Shown: one piece after another, positions 32,401-40,604 of the stretch
Numbering within the stretch: position 1 is the stretch's first letter
Layout of the letters: every line of letters begins with the position of its first letter
Assembly: GCA_963665815.1 (NCBI GenBank)
Contig: OY762463.1
Span: 3,840,001-3,904,000, forward strand
Reading direction: 5' to 3'
DNA: 64,000 nucleotides
Source: Candidatus Cloacimonadales bacterium
Lineage (GTDB): Bacteria > Cloacimonadota > Cloacimonadia > Cloacimonadales > JAIOQZ01
The notes under the pieces: model-generated
What the model was told of the DNA's origin: nothing
Database searches by the model: none
The model's input: only the letters and a program-made list of their open reading frames with translations
Made by a program: the position numbers and the translations under genes

Positions 32401-32714
32401 AGCTTTTCAAGAGGAGTAATATCCGAGATTTGATTACTCCATAAGTTAAGCACTGTCAGATTCACCAGCTTTTCAAGAGGAGTAATATCCGAGATTTTAT
32501 TACCACCTAAGTTAAGCATTGTCAGATTCACCAGCTTTTCAAGAGGAGTAATATCAGAGATATTATTATTGTAAAGCTTTAGCTCCTTCAACCATACTAG
32601 TTCCCTAATCTCTTCAGGTGTCTTTTCCAGTCCTAACCTACTCAAATCCAGTGACCCTGTCTTATCCTTCTTCTCTTTTTCTATTCTTCTCAATGCTTCT
32701 TCATAATTAGCCAT
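29460..32714 (-). CDS. Roco-family protein: LRR - Roc GTPase - COR - TIR
   Basis: About 14 LRRs of 22 aa; P-loop GNTNVGKS, STHG, WDFGGQ.Y...H.LF, NKID; C-terminal TIR LFISYSH..W.D..I.PG..W..I...L..ADI..LLS..FI.S.Y...E. Confidence 0.93.
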   Translation of the reverse strand: MANYEEALRRIEKEKKDKTGSLDLSRLGLEKTPEEIRELVWLKELKLYNNNISDITPLEKLVNLTMLNLGGNKISDITPLEKLVNLTVLNLWSNQISDITPLEKLVNLTELNLSFNQISDITPLEKLVNLTELNLSWNQIEDITPLEKLVNLTMLNLGGNKISDITPLEKLVNLTELNLSWNQIEDITPLEKLVNLTKLRLWSNQISDITPLEKLVNLTELSLRENKISDITPLEKLVNLTALDLDGNQISNITPLGKHVNLKVLNLHSNQIKDITPLEKLVNLTELYLYSNQIKIITPLEKLVNLTGLNLWSNQIKDITPLAQLEKLEYLKITDNPLDIPEEILNASAQEIVSYCKEISNKKEKFSLNELKVLLIGNTNVGKSNLLHIWLQEVGKGNDTIEYISGDSTHGVEYQFLPVEYMNNYVKCHVWDFGGQDYFHATHKLFFSADALHILLWSNDKETREKLSDKKTKDELYDLDYWLRCCEQLSGKSGVIETILVENKIDIGNNDISDFVSHLPRYSIQEKFNIYSPYNNCEDNKCKFIINYCSVSLLKRKRLKGLFELIRERIEYLSGKRIWPYKYIDIRDKLVEKGTEVSSITLEKYYNLTGENDNEKLKTLNRAGSIMYFADAAPGKIFLKPQTLLDILYKQVLTEDLNNNDGRITDEISDAAQKNKLGLTEEEITNLLLSFKLIFKSHDGHFYAPQYLPAVEPAWLKMMKKHNFRSSRIRIESDHYLMNEILLELFSIYGKDIQGSDTSHLFWQNGLVIEDDKEMILIEYERPKLRLKLYDSFSSDNSNLRKSIIDNIVSIIDPKQFVERSYEDNKIGKALGMGKPKIMELLGGALYHAKKAQRGWYSDKINISISNDGEYFVQYRDLVHAAKDECKIITSVNDKGSKKQLSIYDFNEYLPEDLRGKMKKLFISYSHDNMSERKELNKFLVNLKRDGLVQEWNDGLIKPGELWDEVIRHNLEEADIVIMLLSQSFISSSYVHEVEMPIALRKVKKRKGYIFPFLLRTCDWKNWTIIDEDLNEKNKYKVGQYQMQPLKKTEGRLVPLIKWDDKDEAWLQLIDAIRERIAPEKKNQ
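31700..32597 (-). repeat. intragenic 66-nt tandem repeats encoding LRR units
   Basis: Near-invariant GTCAGATTCACCAGCTTTTCAAGAGGAGTAATATC recurring every 66 nt. Confidence 0.95.
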
Positions 32715-32883
32715 AAATGCTCCTGTAAGCAGTTATTATTTCCATATAAAACACTGGTCGAAATAATAGTTATGAGAAAGGTTTTGTAAAGAAATAAAAA
32801 AATCTCTCAATGAACAAACACTTTCCCAATGGATATCGTTTTTAGGTAATGGTGTGTAAATTGTAAGGGTATCAATCAAGAGC

Positions 32884-33062
32884 ATGGGTAACAAAATAGA
32901 TTGAATATAATTAATCGTATTGTTCTGATGTTAAATAGACGTTGCATGCAACGTGTAGTGCTATTACAATATTAAATTGGAATACACCAGAACTATACTC
33001 TACATATCAGTTACATACTCAGCAGTTCTGCCAGACGCGTAGAGACAAACGGCCGTTTGTCT
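32884..33062 (+). repeat. direct repeat B flanking the Roco gene
   Basis: Copy of 29235-29412; terminal hairpin GTAG-AGACAAACG-GC-CGTTTGTCT. Confidence 0.9.
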
Positions 33063-33101
33063 AAGTTTTGCAATCATGTATACCGGTTAAGAACATACTC
33101 T

Positions 33102-33126
33102 GAGACACAAAATGTTGTGTCTCTAC
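33102..33126 (-). repeat. GTAG-type REP-like palindrome, inverted relative to the one at 33039
   Basis: Reverse complement GTAGAGACACAACATTTTGTGTCTC. Confidence 0.65.
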
Positions 33127-33187
33127 AACATGGGCAACACTTTTCGTCGCTAAAATCCTTTCTTCGATGTCAAAGTTAAGAAATCTC

Positions 33188-33781
33188 TTACATTTTTCTC
33201 CACGGCAGTTTTACTTTGAAATCCAGAGTTATTCCCACCATAATTATATGCTCATGGAATTCTATAACATGTTTACCTTTATAATGTTCATCTGCATACA
33301 AATATTTGTAGAAACCATACAAACCAAGTTTCCAGAAAATGGTGTAAGACGCTCCTGCTTCAATATTGTAGAACATATCCGTAATGATTTTTCCCGGATA
33401 ATCTTCTCCGCGGGGGACATCCATACCTCCGGTTCCTCCTCCGGCATATAACCTCAGCTTTCTGTTTTTGAGGAGACGTTTTGAGTAGAACACGTTAAAT
33501 CCGCCCATTCCTCTAATCTCATAGTTATGGGTAGGGTTCGGTGAATTTGTGTAGTACTCTCCAAACCAACACAAACTGAGAGGAAATTCGCTGTATTTGA
33601 CTTCCAGAGCAAGCTGTCCACCCCCAAGCTGATTCAGGTCAGAACGTTTATCGGCGTATCCGCCCTGTGCATTTCGCAGTGAGAATTCCAGATAAGTTTT
33701 GGTGCTGTCTGTGGAATCTGCGATCAAATATACACATGATATGCTGTAAATCATGAACAGACATAATCTGAAACGGTTCAT
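33188..33781 (-). CDS. hypothetical exported protein, probable outer-membrane beta-barrel
   Basis: GGAGG RBS; signal peptide; alternating beta-strand pattern (LRLYAGGGTG, YNIEAGASY, GFYKYLY). Confidence 0.65.
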   Translation of the reverse strand: MNRFRLCLFMIYSISCVYLIADSTDSTKTYLEFSLRNAQGGYADKRSDLNQLGGGQLALEVKYSEFPLSLCWFGEYYTNSPNPTHNYEIRGMGGFNVFYSKRLLKNRKLRLYAGGGTGGMDVPRGEDYPGKIITDMFYNIEAGASYTIFWKLGLYGFYKYLYADEHYKGKHVIEFHEHIIMVGITLDFKVKLPWRKM

Positions 33782-33894
33782 ACTACCTCCAATACTAACC
33801 AGTCTACAGAAAGTACTTATATTATATTTTCGATAATTATTGACAACATGTCCAGATTTTCTTCTTATTATTCAAAGCAAACACAGGAGAAACA

Positions 33895-34350
33895 ATGAAA
33901 CATATATTGTTAATAATTTCAATACTTGCCTCTACAATGATGCTGAACGCAATAGACAGAATGAAGGTTTCTGTTTTTTACAAAGAACGTAAACCATCGC
34001 TGCGGGTGCTTGAGAAAGTTAAGCCTATTATGGAAGCCTTTGCAGAAAAGTATGAGGCAACATATTATAACATCGAAGATGAAAAGAATGCTGAGTTGAT
34101 TAAAGAGCTGGGACTTCCCGGAACACATTTTCCTTTTGCAGTGATTGTAGAAGGTAAGTTCACCGCGAAAATCGTTGATGAAGTCGTTTCATTCATAGAG
34201 TTCCCTAAGTTCATGCATGGAATTGGCAGACATGAAGGAAACTGGTCACTGGAACAGCTTAAGTTTGTTCTGGAAGGTGAGACGGCTTTTCTGGAGAAAA
34301 ACATTCTTCCGGAACACGATGATGACCATGAAGATGAAGCTGAGAAATAG
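33895..34350 (+). CDS. exported hypothetical protein, thioredoxin-like fold without CxxC, His/acidic tail
   Basis: AGGAG RBS, signal peptide, VSVFY..YYNIED..HFPFAV, tail HDDDHEDE. Confidence 0.6.
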   Translation: MKHILLIISILASTMMLNAIDRMKVSVFYKERKPSLRVLEKVKPIMEAFAEKYEATYYNIEDEKNAELIKELGLPGTHFPFAVIVEGKFTAKIVDEVVSFIEFPKFMHGIGRHEGNWSLEQLKFVLEGETAFLEKNILPEHDDDHEDEAEK

Positions 34351-34464
34351 TGAGAACTTGTCGAAAAGCAAATTTTACGTCTGATTTAATTCAGGATCTT
34401 CATTATATTTTGAAAGAGCGAGTTCAGGTGTCAATGATTCAAAACACAATAGCAGAGGTGATAT

Positions 34465-34965
34465 ATGGAAGAGCATAAAGAGGAAGTAAAAGTAAAACGT
34501 ATTAACGGGTATCTGCACAGATTTACTCCGGTTTTCGATAAAGCCGGCAAGCTCCTGAGTTACGCAGTTTCCCCGGTAATGGTTGAGTTCAGACCACGCG
34601 ATCTTATGCAGGTGATTGTGGGAGCATCTATACTGGCAGTTCCTGTTACATTCACGGAAGAAGCCTGGAAGCTGGGGGAGAACCTGCCAATGCTGAATGT
34701 GGTGCTGTTGAGTATTCTCTCCGTTCTGTTTATCGGGATGTTCGTCTATTTCAATTTCTACAGGTATATGCTGAAGAATCATGTTATAGAGTATGCAAAG
34801 CGTGTTTTCTCAATATATTTCTTTTCACTCCTTGTTGTAGGGATTCTGCTGACAATAATTCAGAAATGTCCTTGGCAGACTGATCTGACTGTTGCAATAA
34901 AACGAATTCTGATCATTACATTTCCATCATCCATGAGCGCAGCAGTCAGCGATACAATTAAGTAG
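34465..34965 (+). CDS. DUF2391 family membrane protein
   Basis: RDLMQVIVGASILAVPVTFTEEAW; PSSMSAAVSD. Confidence 0.8.
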   Translation: MEEHKEEVKVKRINGYLHRFTPVFDKAGKLLSYAVSPVMVEFRPRDLMQVIVGASILAVPVTFTEEAWKLGENLPMLNVVLLSILSVLFIGMFVYFNFYRYMLKNHVIEYAKRVFSIYFFSLLVVGILLTIIQKCPWQTDLTVAIKRILIITFPSSMSAAVSDTIK

Positions 34966-34973
34966 CTGATTTA

Positions 34974-35711
34974 CTATTTAATGTGCCACGGGTAAGTTGT
35001 CAGCCACTCAAGCCAGCCTTTGTGGAGAGTCTCAGCCGATAAGCCTATCGACTTGAGGAGGTCTTCATCCTTCAGCGTTTTGACAGTCCTGACAATCAGT
35101 TCTCTGCCCATAGTCTGTTCAAGATACATGACTATCGTCCAGCCAAAAGTATAGCGAAGCAACCTGTCGGAAAGAATCTCGCTGATTGAAGGAATATTGC
35201 CTGATTCAAGAGCATTAAGAACAGGTTCGCAGAACTCAAACTGACTTCTGTACTGCCATTGATCGGATAGATAAACAGCCAGACCTTCGCTCCACCATCC
35301 GGGTGAAATTTCCATGTCAGGTGTAAGGTACTCTTCAAATACATGGGTTAATTCGTGCTTGATCATTCTCTCGAATTCGTCCTGCTTATAGCTGTAGGCA
35401 CAATGTTTTTCGTAGGATGAGGGTGACATGAAAACAATATCGGTTCTCTGGGGTTGAGCTACACGCCGAGGATCAGATGGTCTTTCAATCGGTACTTCCA
35501 GCAAATCAGCAACAAGCCGATCAAATTCAGTGCGGATTGGAACCAGGATTAACCGGATTCCTGTAATGTCTTTCTCAAGATTAAAGTAACTTTTGAGATC
35601 ATTATATGCAACCTTAACTATTGCTAAGATCTGGTTTGTATATAAGGAATCTTTTTCTCTATAGTATATTAATATTTTGCCTTTGAATTTCTTCAGATAA
35701 CCTTTAAACAT
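34974..35711 (-). CDS. peptidase MA-like (HExxH) metalloprotein
   Basis: HELTH followed by WWSEGLAVYLS. Confidence 0.75.
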   Translation of the reverse strand: MFKGYLKKFKGKILIYYREKDSLYTNQILAIVKVAYNDLKSYFNLEKDITGIRLILVPIRTEFDRLVADLLEVPIERPSDPRRVAQPQRTDIVFMSPSSYEKHCAYSYKQDEFERMIKHELTHVFEEYLTPDMEISPGWWSEGLAVYLSDQWQYRSQFEFCEPVLNALESGNIPSISEILSDRLLRYTFGWTIVMYLEQTMGRELIVRTVKTLKDEDLLKSIGLSAETLHKGWLEWLTTYPWHIK

Positions 35712-35861
35712 TTTAAATCCTCATTGTAGAATAATATTTAATTGTTTCATGAGTCAACAAGGTTTTTTATTTACAAAAATATGTCACCAATTATTCAAGT
35801 CTTCAATAATAATTAATCAGAACAATTTGAATATAAAATTATAGAAAAATCAAAAGGAGAA

Positions 35862-36587
35862 ATGATGAGAAGATCGTATTTAGTAATTTGTGTAGTTTTG
35901 TTGTTTGCAATTAATCTTACTGCGGGAGATTTTGAGTTCAGTGTTAAATCAGGAACCGGAATACAAGGAGCTAATTTAGGCTACAAATTGAGTGAGAAAT
36001 TTTCACTATATTCAGGATTTGATGTTATCGGATTAGCTGCTGATCTCAACAGAGAAGAGACAAACGAAAATACCTATGGTCATACTGATGATTTAACTAC
36101 TTACAAGAGAATCAAAAAATCTGAAATTGAAGGATCTGCTTCACTTGTAATTCCAAGAATTGGAGTTAAGTACAAGTTTTCTGATAAAAAACTTCAGCCT
36201 TATGTATATACAGATATTTGCAAGTCTTTCGCTTTTGTAGATATGTCTGATACTTACGAATCATGGACATGGAGAAATGGTGTACTTACAGATTACGATA
36301 AAGATAAGAAGGAAATCAGCACTGAGCAAGAAGCGATAGAGAATTTTCTGGGATTCTGGGGAATAAACTTAGGTTTTGGTACAGAATACTTAATAACTGA
36401 ATCTTTAGGAGTAACCGGAGAGTTTGGCTTTAGAATGCTTTTTGCGTCATCAGATACTACCGAAAATTCTGAACAAGGTTATGATGACGGGTACTACAAA
36501 AGCGAATATCAGGATGAATGGGATACCGAACTGGGGGCTGCATTCAAGTTCACCACAACATCCGTAGGTATTGTATTCCATTTTTAG
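35862..36587 (+). CDS. outer-membrane beta-barrel protein
   Basis: AGGAG RBS, signal peptide, amphipathic strands (GVKYKF..LQPYVY, GFGTEY, GEFGFR), C-terminal Phe. Confidence 0.75.
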   Translation: MMRRSYLVICVVLLFAINLTAGDFEFSVKSGTGIQGANLGYKLSEKFSLYSGFDVIGLAADLNREETNENTYGHTDDLTTYKRIKKSEIEGSASLVIPRIGVKYKFSDKKLQPYVYTDICKSFAFVDMSDTYESWTWRNGVLTDYDKDKKEISTEQEAIENFLGFWGINLGFGTEYLITESLGVTGEFGFRMLFASSDTTENSEQGYDDGYYKSEYQDEWDTELGAAFKFTTTSVGIVFHF

Positions 36588-36714
36588 TCAATAGAACAAA
36601 ACAACCTTAAAAAAAATATTGACTCTCTTGCTGAAATATAGTGAGGGAGTTATTTTATTCTCAAAAAGTGTTATATATCTTTTTTGATTCTAAATTAAAA
36701 CCTGAGAGAGAAAA

Positions 36715-37263
36715 ATGAAGATTTACATTACTGGAGCTTCGGGGTCAGGAACTACAACTGTTGGAAGAATCTTGTCTGAACAGCTTGGAGTTAAGCACTT
36801 TGATAATGATGATATTTTCTGGGGAAGAACGGAGATTCCATTTACGGTAAAAAGGTCTATTGAGGAAAGAAAAAAGATTTTGCAGGAGATAATCGGAAGG
36901 GAGAAAAGCTGGATTTTTACAGGGTCTGCGTTAAAATGGGGTGAATTAATTCTGCAGAATGCTGATCTCATTGTCCGATTGAGCTGTGATACCAAAATAC
37001 GCATTGCAAGATTGAAGATGAGGGAGACAGAGCGATTCGGTGAACGGATTTTGCCCGGTGGGGATATGCATGATAATCATATTAAGTTCATTGAGTGGGC
37101 AAAAAAATATGACACAGGTGGTTTGAATATGAGAAGCAGACAGGCAGAGGAAATTTGGATGCAGAATGCAGGTTGCGAAGTGCTGGAGATAGATAATTCA
37201 GATTCTGAAGAGAGTGCCGGACAATTGATTGAGCTCTTAAAAGAAAAAGAGCCTGTCGGTTGA
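36715..37263 (+). CDS. adenylate-kinase-like P-loop protein (AAA_18/FlaR-like)
   Basis: IYITGASGSGTTT, D.DDIFW, RE..RFG.RI.PGG, F.EWA..YD. Confidence 0.85.
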   Translation: MKIYITGASGSGTTTVGRILSEQLGVKHFDNDDIFWGRTEIPFTVKRSIEERKKILQEIIGREKSWIFTGSALKWGELILQNADLIVRLSCDTKIRIARLKMRETERFGERILPGGDMHDNHIKFIEWAKKYDTGGLNMRSRQAEEIWMQNAGCEVLEIDNSDSEESAGQLIELLKEKEPVG

Positions 37264-37290
37264 CAGGCTTGATATAAGGATTATAAGTAA

Positions 37291-37722
37291 TTATTTAACT
37301 TCAAATACGATGTCAGAAGCGTTTTCAATATTATCTGAGATTGGGCATCTGCTGTCTATTTCTGCTACAAAGGCTTTCTTTTCGTCTTCAGTCATATCAG
37401 CATCAACTTCAACGATAACTTTGATATTCTGGAATCCAGCTCTTTCACTGTCGCATTTACCCATAAGTACTTCAGGGTTAAGTCCGCCGATAACTTCTAC
37501 ATCTATTCCACGTACATCAAGTCTTTTTTGTTTTGCAATAATTTTACCGATTGTTACAATACAACCGGCAAGTGCGAAAAAGAAATATTCTAAAGGAGTT
37601 GCACCTGTATCTTCTCCCATTGGAGCCGGTTGGTCAATTTTCATCTCAAAGTTTCTTGCTTTGAGGTTTACCTGCATGTTTTCGCCCCATGAACCTTGAA
37701 TTTTAACGTTCTTTAAAGCCAT
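37291..37722 (-). CDS. OsmC family protein
   Basis: DQP..GEDTGATPLE..ALAGC, RCPISD. Confidence 0.92.
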   Translation of the reverse strand: MALKNVKIQGSWGENMQVNLKARNFEMKIDQPAPMGEDTGATPLEYFFFALAGCIVTIGKIIAKQKRLDVRGIDVEVIGGLNPEVLMGKCDSERAGFQNIKVIVEVDADMTEDEKKAFVAEIDSRCPISDNIENASDIVFEVK

Positions 37723-38052
37723 TATAATCTCCTGTAATTTAGTATTTGCTTACCATAAGTTTGGGGCTTGGGAATCCTGTCTACATAAATTCTGACAAAA
37801 TATTGCCATTGTAAAAGAATGTTGCTCATAAAATCTTAGTAAAGGATAGGTAATAAATACTATAGCATCAAGGAAATTGATGGGCAAAAATTCACATAAA
37901 ACATGTATCGCATATAAATATGAATATCAATAATCTTAGTTTCACTTATGAAAACATATCAGTGAAAATAAGTTCACTGAAAACTTGACAAATATTCAGT
38001 CTCAATTATTTTATATGTGTAAATAGAAAAATTTAATGGCAAGGAGGTAACT

Positions 38053-38352
38053 ATGCCAGCAGGAGACAGAACGGGACCTAATGGTGATGGTCCTATGACA
38101 GGTAGAAGGATGGGATATTGTACAGGTGATGATGCTAATGGATATCGTACCGGATTTTTCGGCTTCGGAAGAGGAAGAGGTCGGGGATTCAGGTCAGGTG
38201 GTGGAGGAGGAATGGGAAGATTCTTCGGATCATTCCGCAATACCGGGAATCAAGTGTCTAACCTGGAAAATATTGAAGAAGAAGTTAGTTTTCTAAAATC
38301 CAGACTCAAAGATCTGGAAGACTTTCTGGTAAAATCAAAAGACAAAAAGTAG
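38053..38352 (+). CDS. DUF5320 family protein
   Basis: MPAGDRTGP.G.GPMTGR.MGYC, GRGRGR, C-terminal coiled coil; AAGGAGG RBS. Confidence 0.88.
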   Translation: MPAGDRTGPNGDGPMTGRRMGYCTGDDANGYRTGFFGFGRGRGRGFRSGGGGGMGRFFGSFRNTGNQVSNLENIEEEVSFLKSRLKDLEDFLVKSKDKK

Positions 38353-38426
38353 ATTCTTACTCATATTAAGACCCCGTAAAAACGAAGCCTGCTGGATTTC
38401 CAACAGGCTTTGTTGTATCATATAAA

Positions 38427-40268
38427 CTATATTGTTTTCAGAAACAGATCCATGTTTTGTTTTCTCATAGAATCCATTAACTCGTTATACAGGTTTTTAT
38501 GCTTAGACATCGTAGCAGCAATTGTTTTTACTGCTTTAAGATGATATTCCGGTTTTTCCTCGGGAGAAAGAATCAGGAACAACAGATTTACCGGTTCCTT
38601 ATCTTTTTCGTTCCAATACATCTTATTCTTAAGCAGACCACAGGCTATAAACGGTCTCTGAATACCGGGAATACGGCAATGGGGAATAGCTATCCCGTTA
38701 CCGATAGCAGTTGATCCGAGTTTTTCCCTCTCAGCTATTGAGAAGGTTATTTCGGAAGTTTCAGCAATAATCCCCTGCTTAACCATTATCTGAGCCATTT
38801 CGAAAACAGCTTCTTCCTGAGTTGTTGCCATCATGTCGAAAACTCTGTCCTCAAGCAGAACTTCCATTGAGTATTCATCATCGGGAATTCTTGACTTGAG
38901 AGCTTCTGCCTGTCCTACCGTCCATGTTTTCCACTTGATAAGTGTTTTTTCTGAAAGGTAAGCACCTCCAAGTTCGAATATGACAAGTGCCGGAATAATT
39001 GTATTGAATATTACAAATCCACCTTTATCAGCCAGAAGGGTTGCCACGAGAATAGTTTCAACGGCAGCCATACCGGCTTGCGGAAGCATTAATTTTGGTA
39101 ATGCTGCCACGATTTTCGAATCCTGACCAGTTACTTTTGCACCAATCCAGTTTCCGGTAAGTTTACCGGTAGATCTGAGGATTATGTAACCCAGGGCAAA
39201 TATTAATGTATTGCCTGTAAAAGATTCAAGTCTGACACTTGCTCCGATTATAGCGAAGAACATCAGGTTGAATATTGGCATAACATTTTCTATTTTCAGT
39301 GAATCAAATATCGCATTATGATGGAAGTTTGAAATAAGAAAACCAGCAACAACGGAAGTAATAAGAAACGGAAGCTGGAAGTGTATAGATATGGATATAC
39401 CTAATGCAATAACACCAACCATAATCAGCAGGATTTCTACTGATGGAGTCGGATGTTCAGACAAAACGGTGGAAAGAAATGATTTTCCTTCTTCCCCGTA
39501 TTTACTGTCTTCATCTTCCACAACGCGTTCTCTAACGGTAAGTTTAAATACCAGAAATATAATAAATCCTATCAGTGAAGCCAGAAAAAGCTCTTTCCCA
39601 ACATGTAGTGACAAGTGGGCAAAAGAAAGATGTTCACCATTTTTCTTTGCAACAGCTACTCCCAGAAAGACTGAGAAGAATATTACTTCCATTATATCAT
39701 CAAGCACAACTATATTTGCGAGTATGTTTTTCAAAGATCCGGTTATCTTCAGTTTTGACATGAGTACGAATGTCAGAGCAGGAGCAGTGGCAATACCTAT
39801 TGATCCGAGAATCAAGGCATTGATCCAATCAAATTTGAAAACAAACTTAAATCCCAAAGCAAGCAGCAAGAATGTAAGTAAGCCTTGAATAAGACATATA
39901 ATTACTGCTTTGATCCCGACTTGTCGTAATCTGTCTCTGTGAAGTTCTTCTCCCAGAGAGAAAGCAATCATTCCCAGAAACAGGAAAACGAAAAAGTGAT
40001 AGCTTTCCAGTATCTGGCTGTATTCTGAAAACTCGGAATTGTAAAAATGATAGATAGGTTTCAGAATCTCAAACCTGTGTAAATATTGATATTTCTCCAG
40101 AACTCTGTGAATCAGTTCCAGGAAGTGAGGTCCGACAATTATTCCCCCGAATATTTGTCCGATTACTTCACCGATTTTAGCTTTTCTTGCCAATAAACCG
40201 AAAACATAGGCGGAAAGTATCAATAAACCAAGTTCAAGTATCTGAAGTTTCATGTGCTGTAAGCTCAT
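38427..40268 (-). CDS. cation:proton antiporter fused to a PTS EIIA (Ntr/Fru-type) domain
   Basis: Na/H exchanger motifs IVGPH, ATAPA, VVLDD, FFA..GA, PQAG.A; C-terminal RE...STAIGNGIAIPHCR..VNLLFL..P...HL. Confidence 0.88.
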   Translation of the reverse strand: MSLQHMKLQILELGLLILSAYVFGLLARKAKIGEVIGQIFGGIIVGPHFLELIHRVLEKYQYLHRFEILKPIYHFYNSEFSEYSQILESYHFFVFLFLGMIAFSLGEELHRDRLRQVGIKAVIICLIQGLLTFLLLALGFKFVFKFDWINALILGSIGIATAPALTFVLMSKLKITGSLKNILANIVVLDDIMEVIFFSVFLGVAVAKKNGEHLSFAHLSLHVGKELFLASLIGFIIFLVFKLTVRERVVEDEDSKYGEEGKSFLSTVLSEHPTPSVEILLIMVGVIALGISISIHFQLPFLITSVVAGFLISNFHHNAIFDSLKIENVMPIFNLMFFAIIGASVRLESFTGNTLIFALGYIILRSTGKLTGNWIGAKVTGQDSKIVAALPKLMLPQAGMAAVETILVATLLADKGGFVIFNTIIPALVIFELGGAYLSEKTLIKWKTWTVGQAEALKSRIPDDEYSMEVLLEDRVFDMMATTQEEAVFEMAQIMVKQGIIAETSEITFSIAEREKLGSTAIGNGIAIPHCRIPGIQRPFIACGLLKNKMYWNEKDKEPVNLLFLILSPEEKPEYHLKAVKTIAATMSKHKNLYNELMDSMRKQNMDLFLKTI

Positions 40269-40604
40269 TTTTCCTCTTGAATCATGTTTACAAACCAAAA
40301 TAACTCAAAACCATAATAGAAAAACTTGACTAAATCGTGCAAGCAAAATCTTTTACAGCAGTTTGACAGAGATTAGCCAAAGTATGCAATTGAATCTCTG
40401 GATGACACTCTGAATTATGACAGATTTCGAAAGAGCGTTATGGAGAATATTTCTATCAGCAGTTTTCGGGCTTTCTTCAGAGCCAAAGAATGTACTTTCT
40501 GAGGTAGCTTTGTCAGTTGATTTGATAGTTTTCAGGATTCATAAATGAATTTTTAAGTTTAAATTGTTTGTCATTGTTCTGAGTTAAAATAACGGAGGAA
40601 CGTA

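Noticed and set aside
31700..32597. Regularly spaced constant and variable blocks resembling a CRISPR array
   Set aside because: The period is exactly 66 nt, in frame inside a 1084-aa ORF encoding LRRs; the 'spacers' are homologous to each other; no cas genes.
37974..38240. Proline-rich minus-strand ORF
   Set aside because: Antisense shadow of the Gly/Arg-rich DUF5320 gene, which has a strong RBS.
40326..40604. Named riboswitch (glnA, c-di-AMP, ANTAR dual hairpin) upstream of amtB
   Set aside because: I could not match the consensus of any of them; kept only as an unassigned leader.
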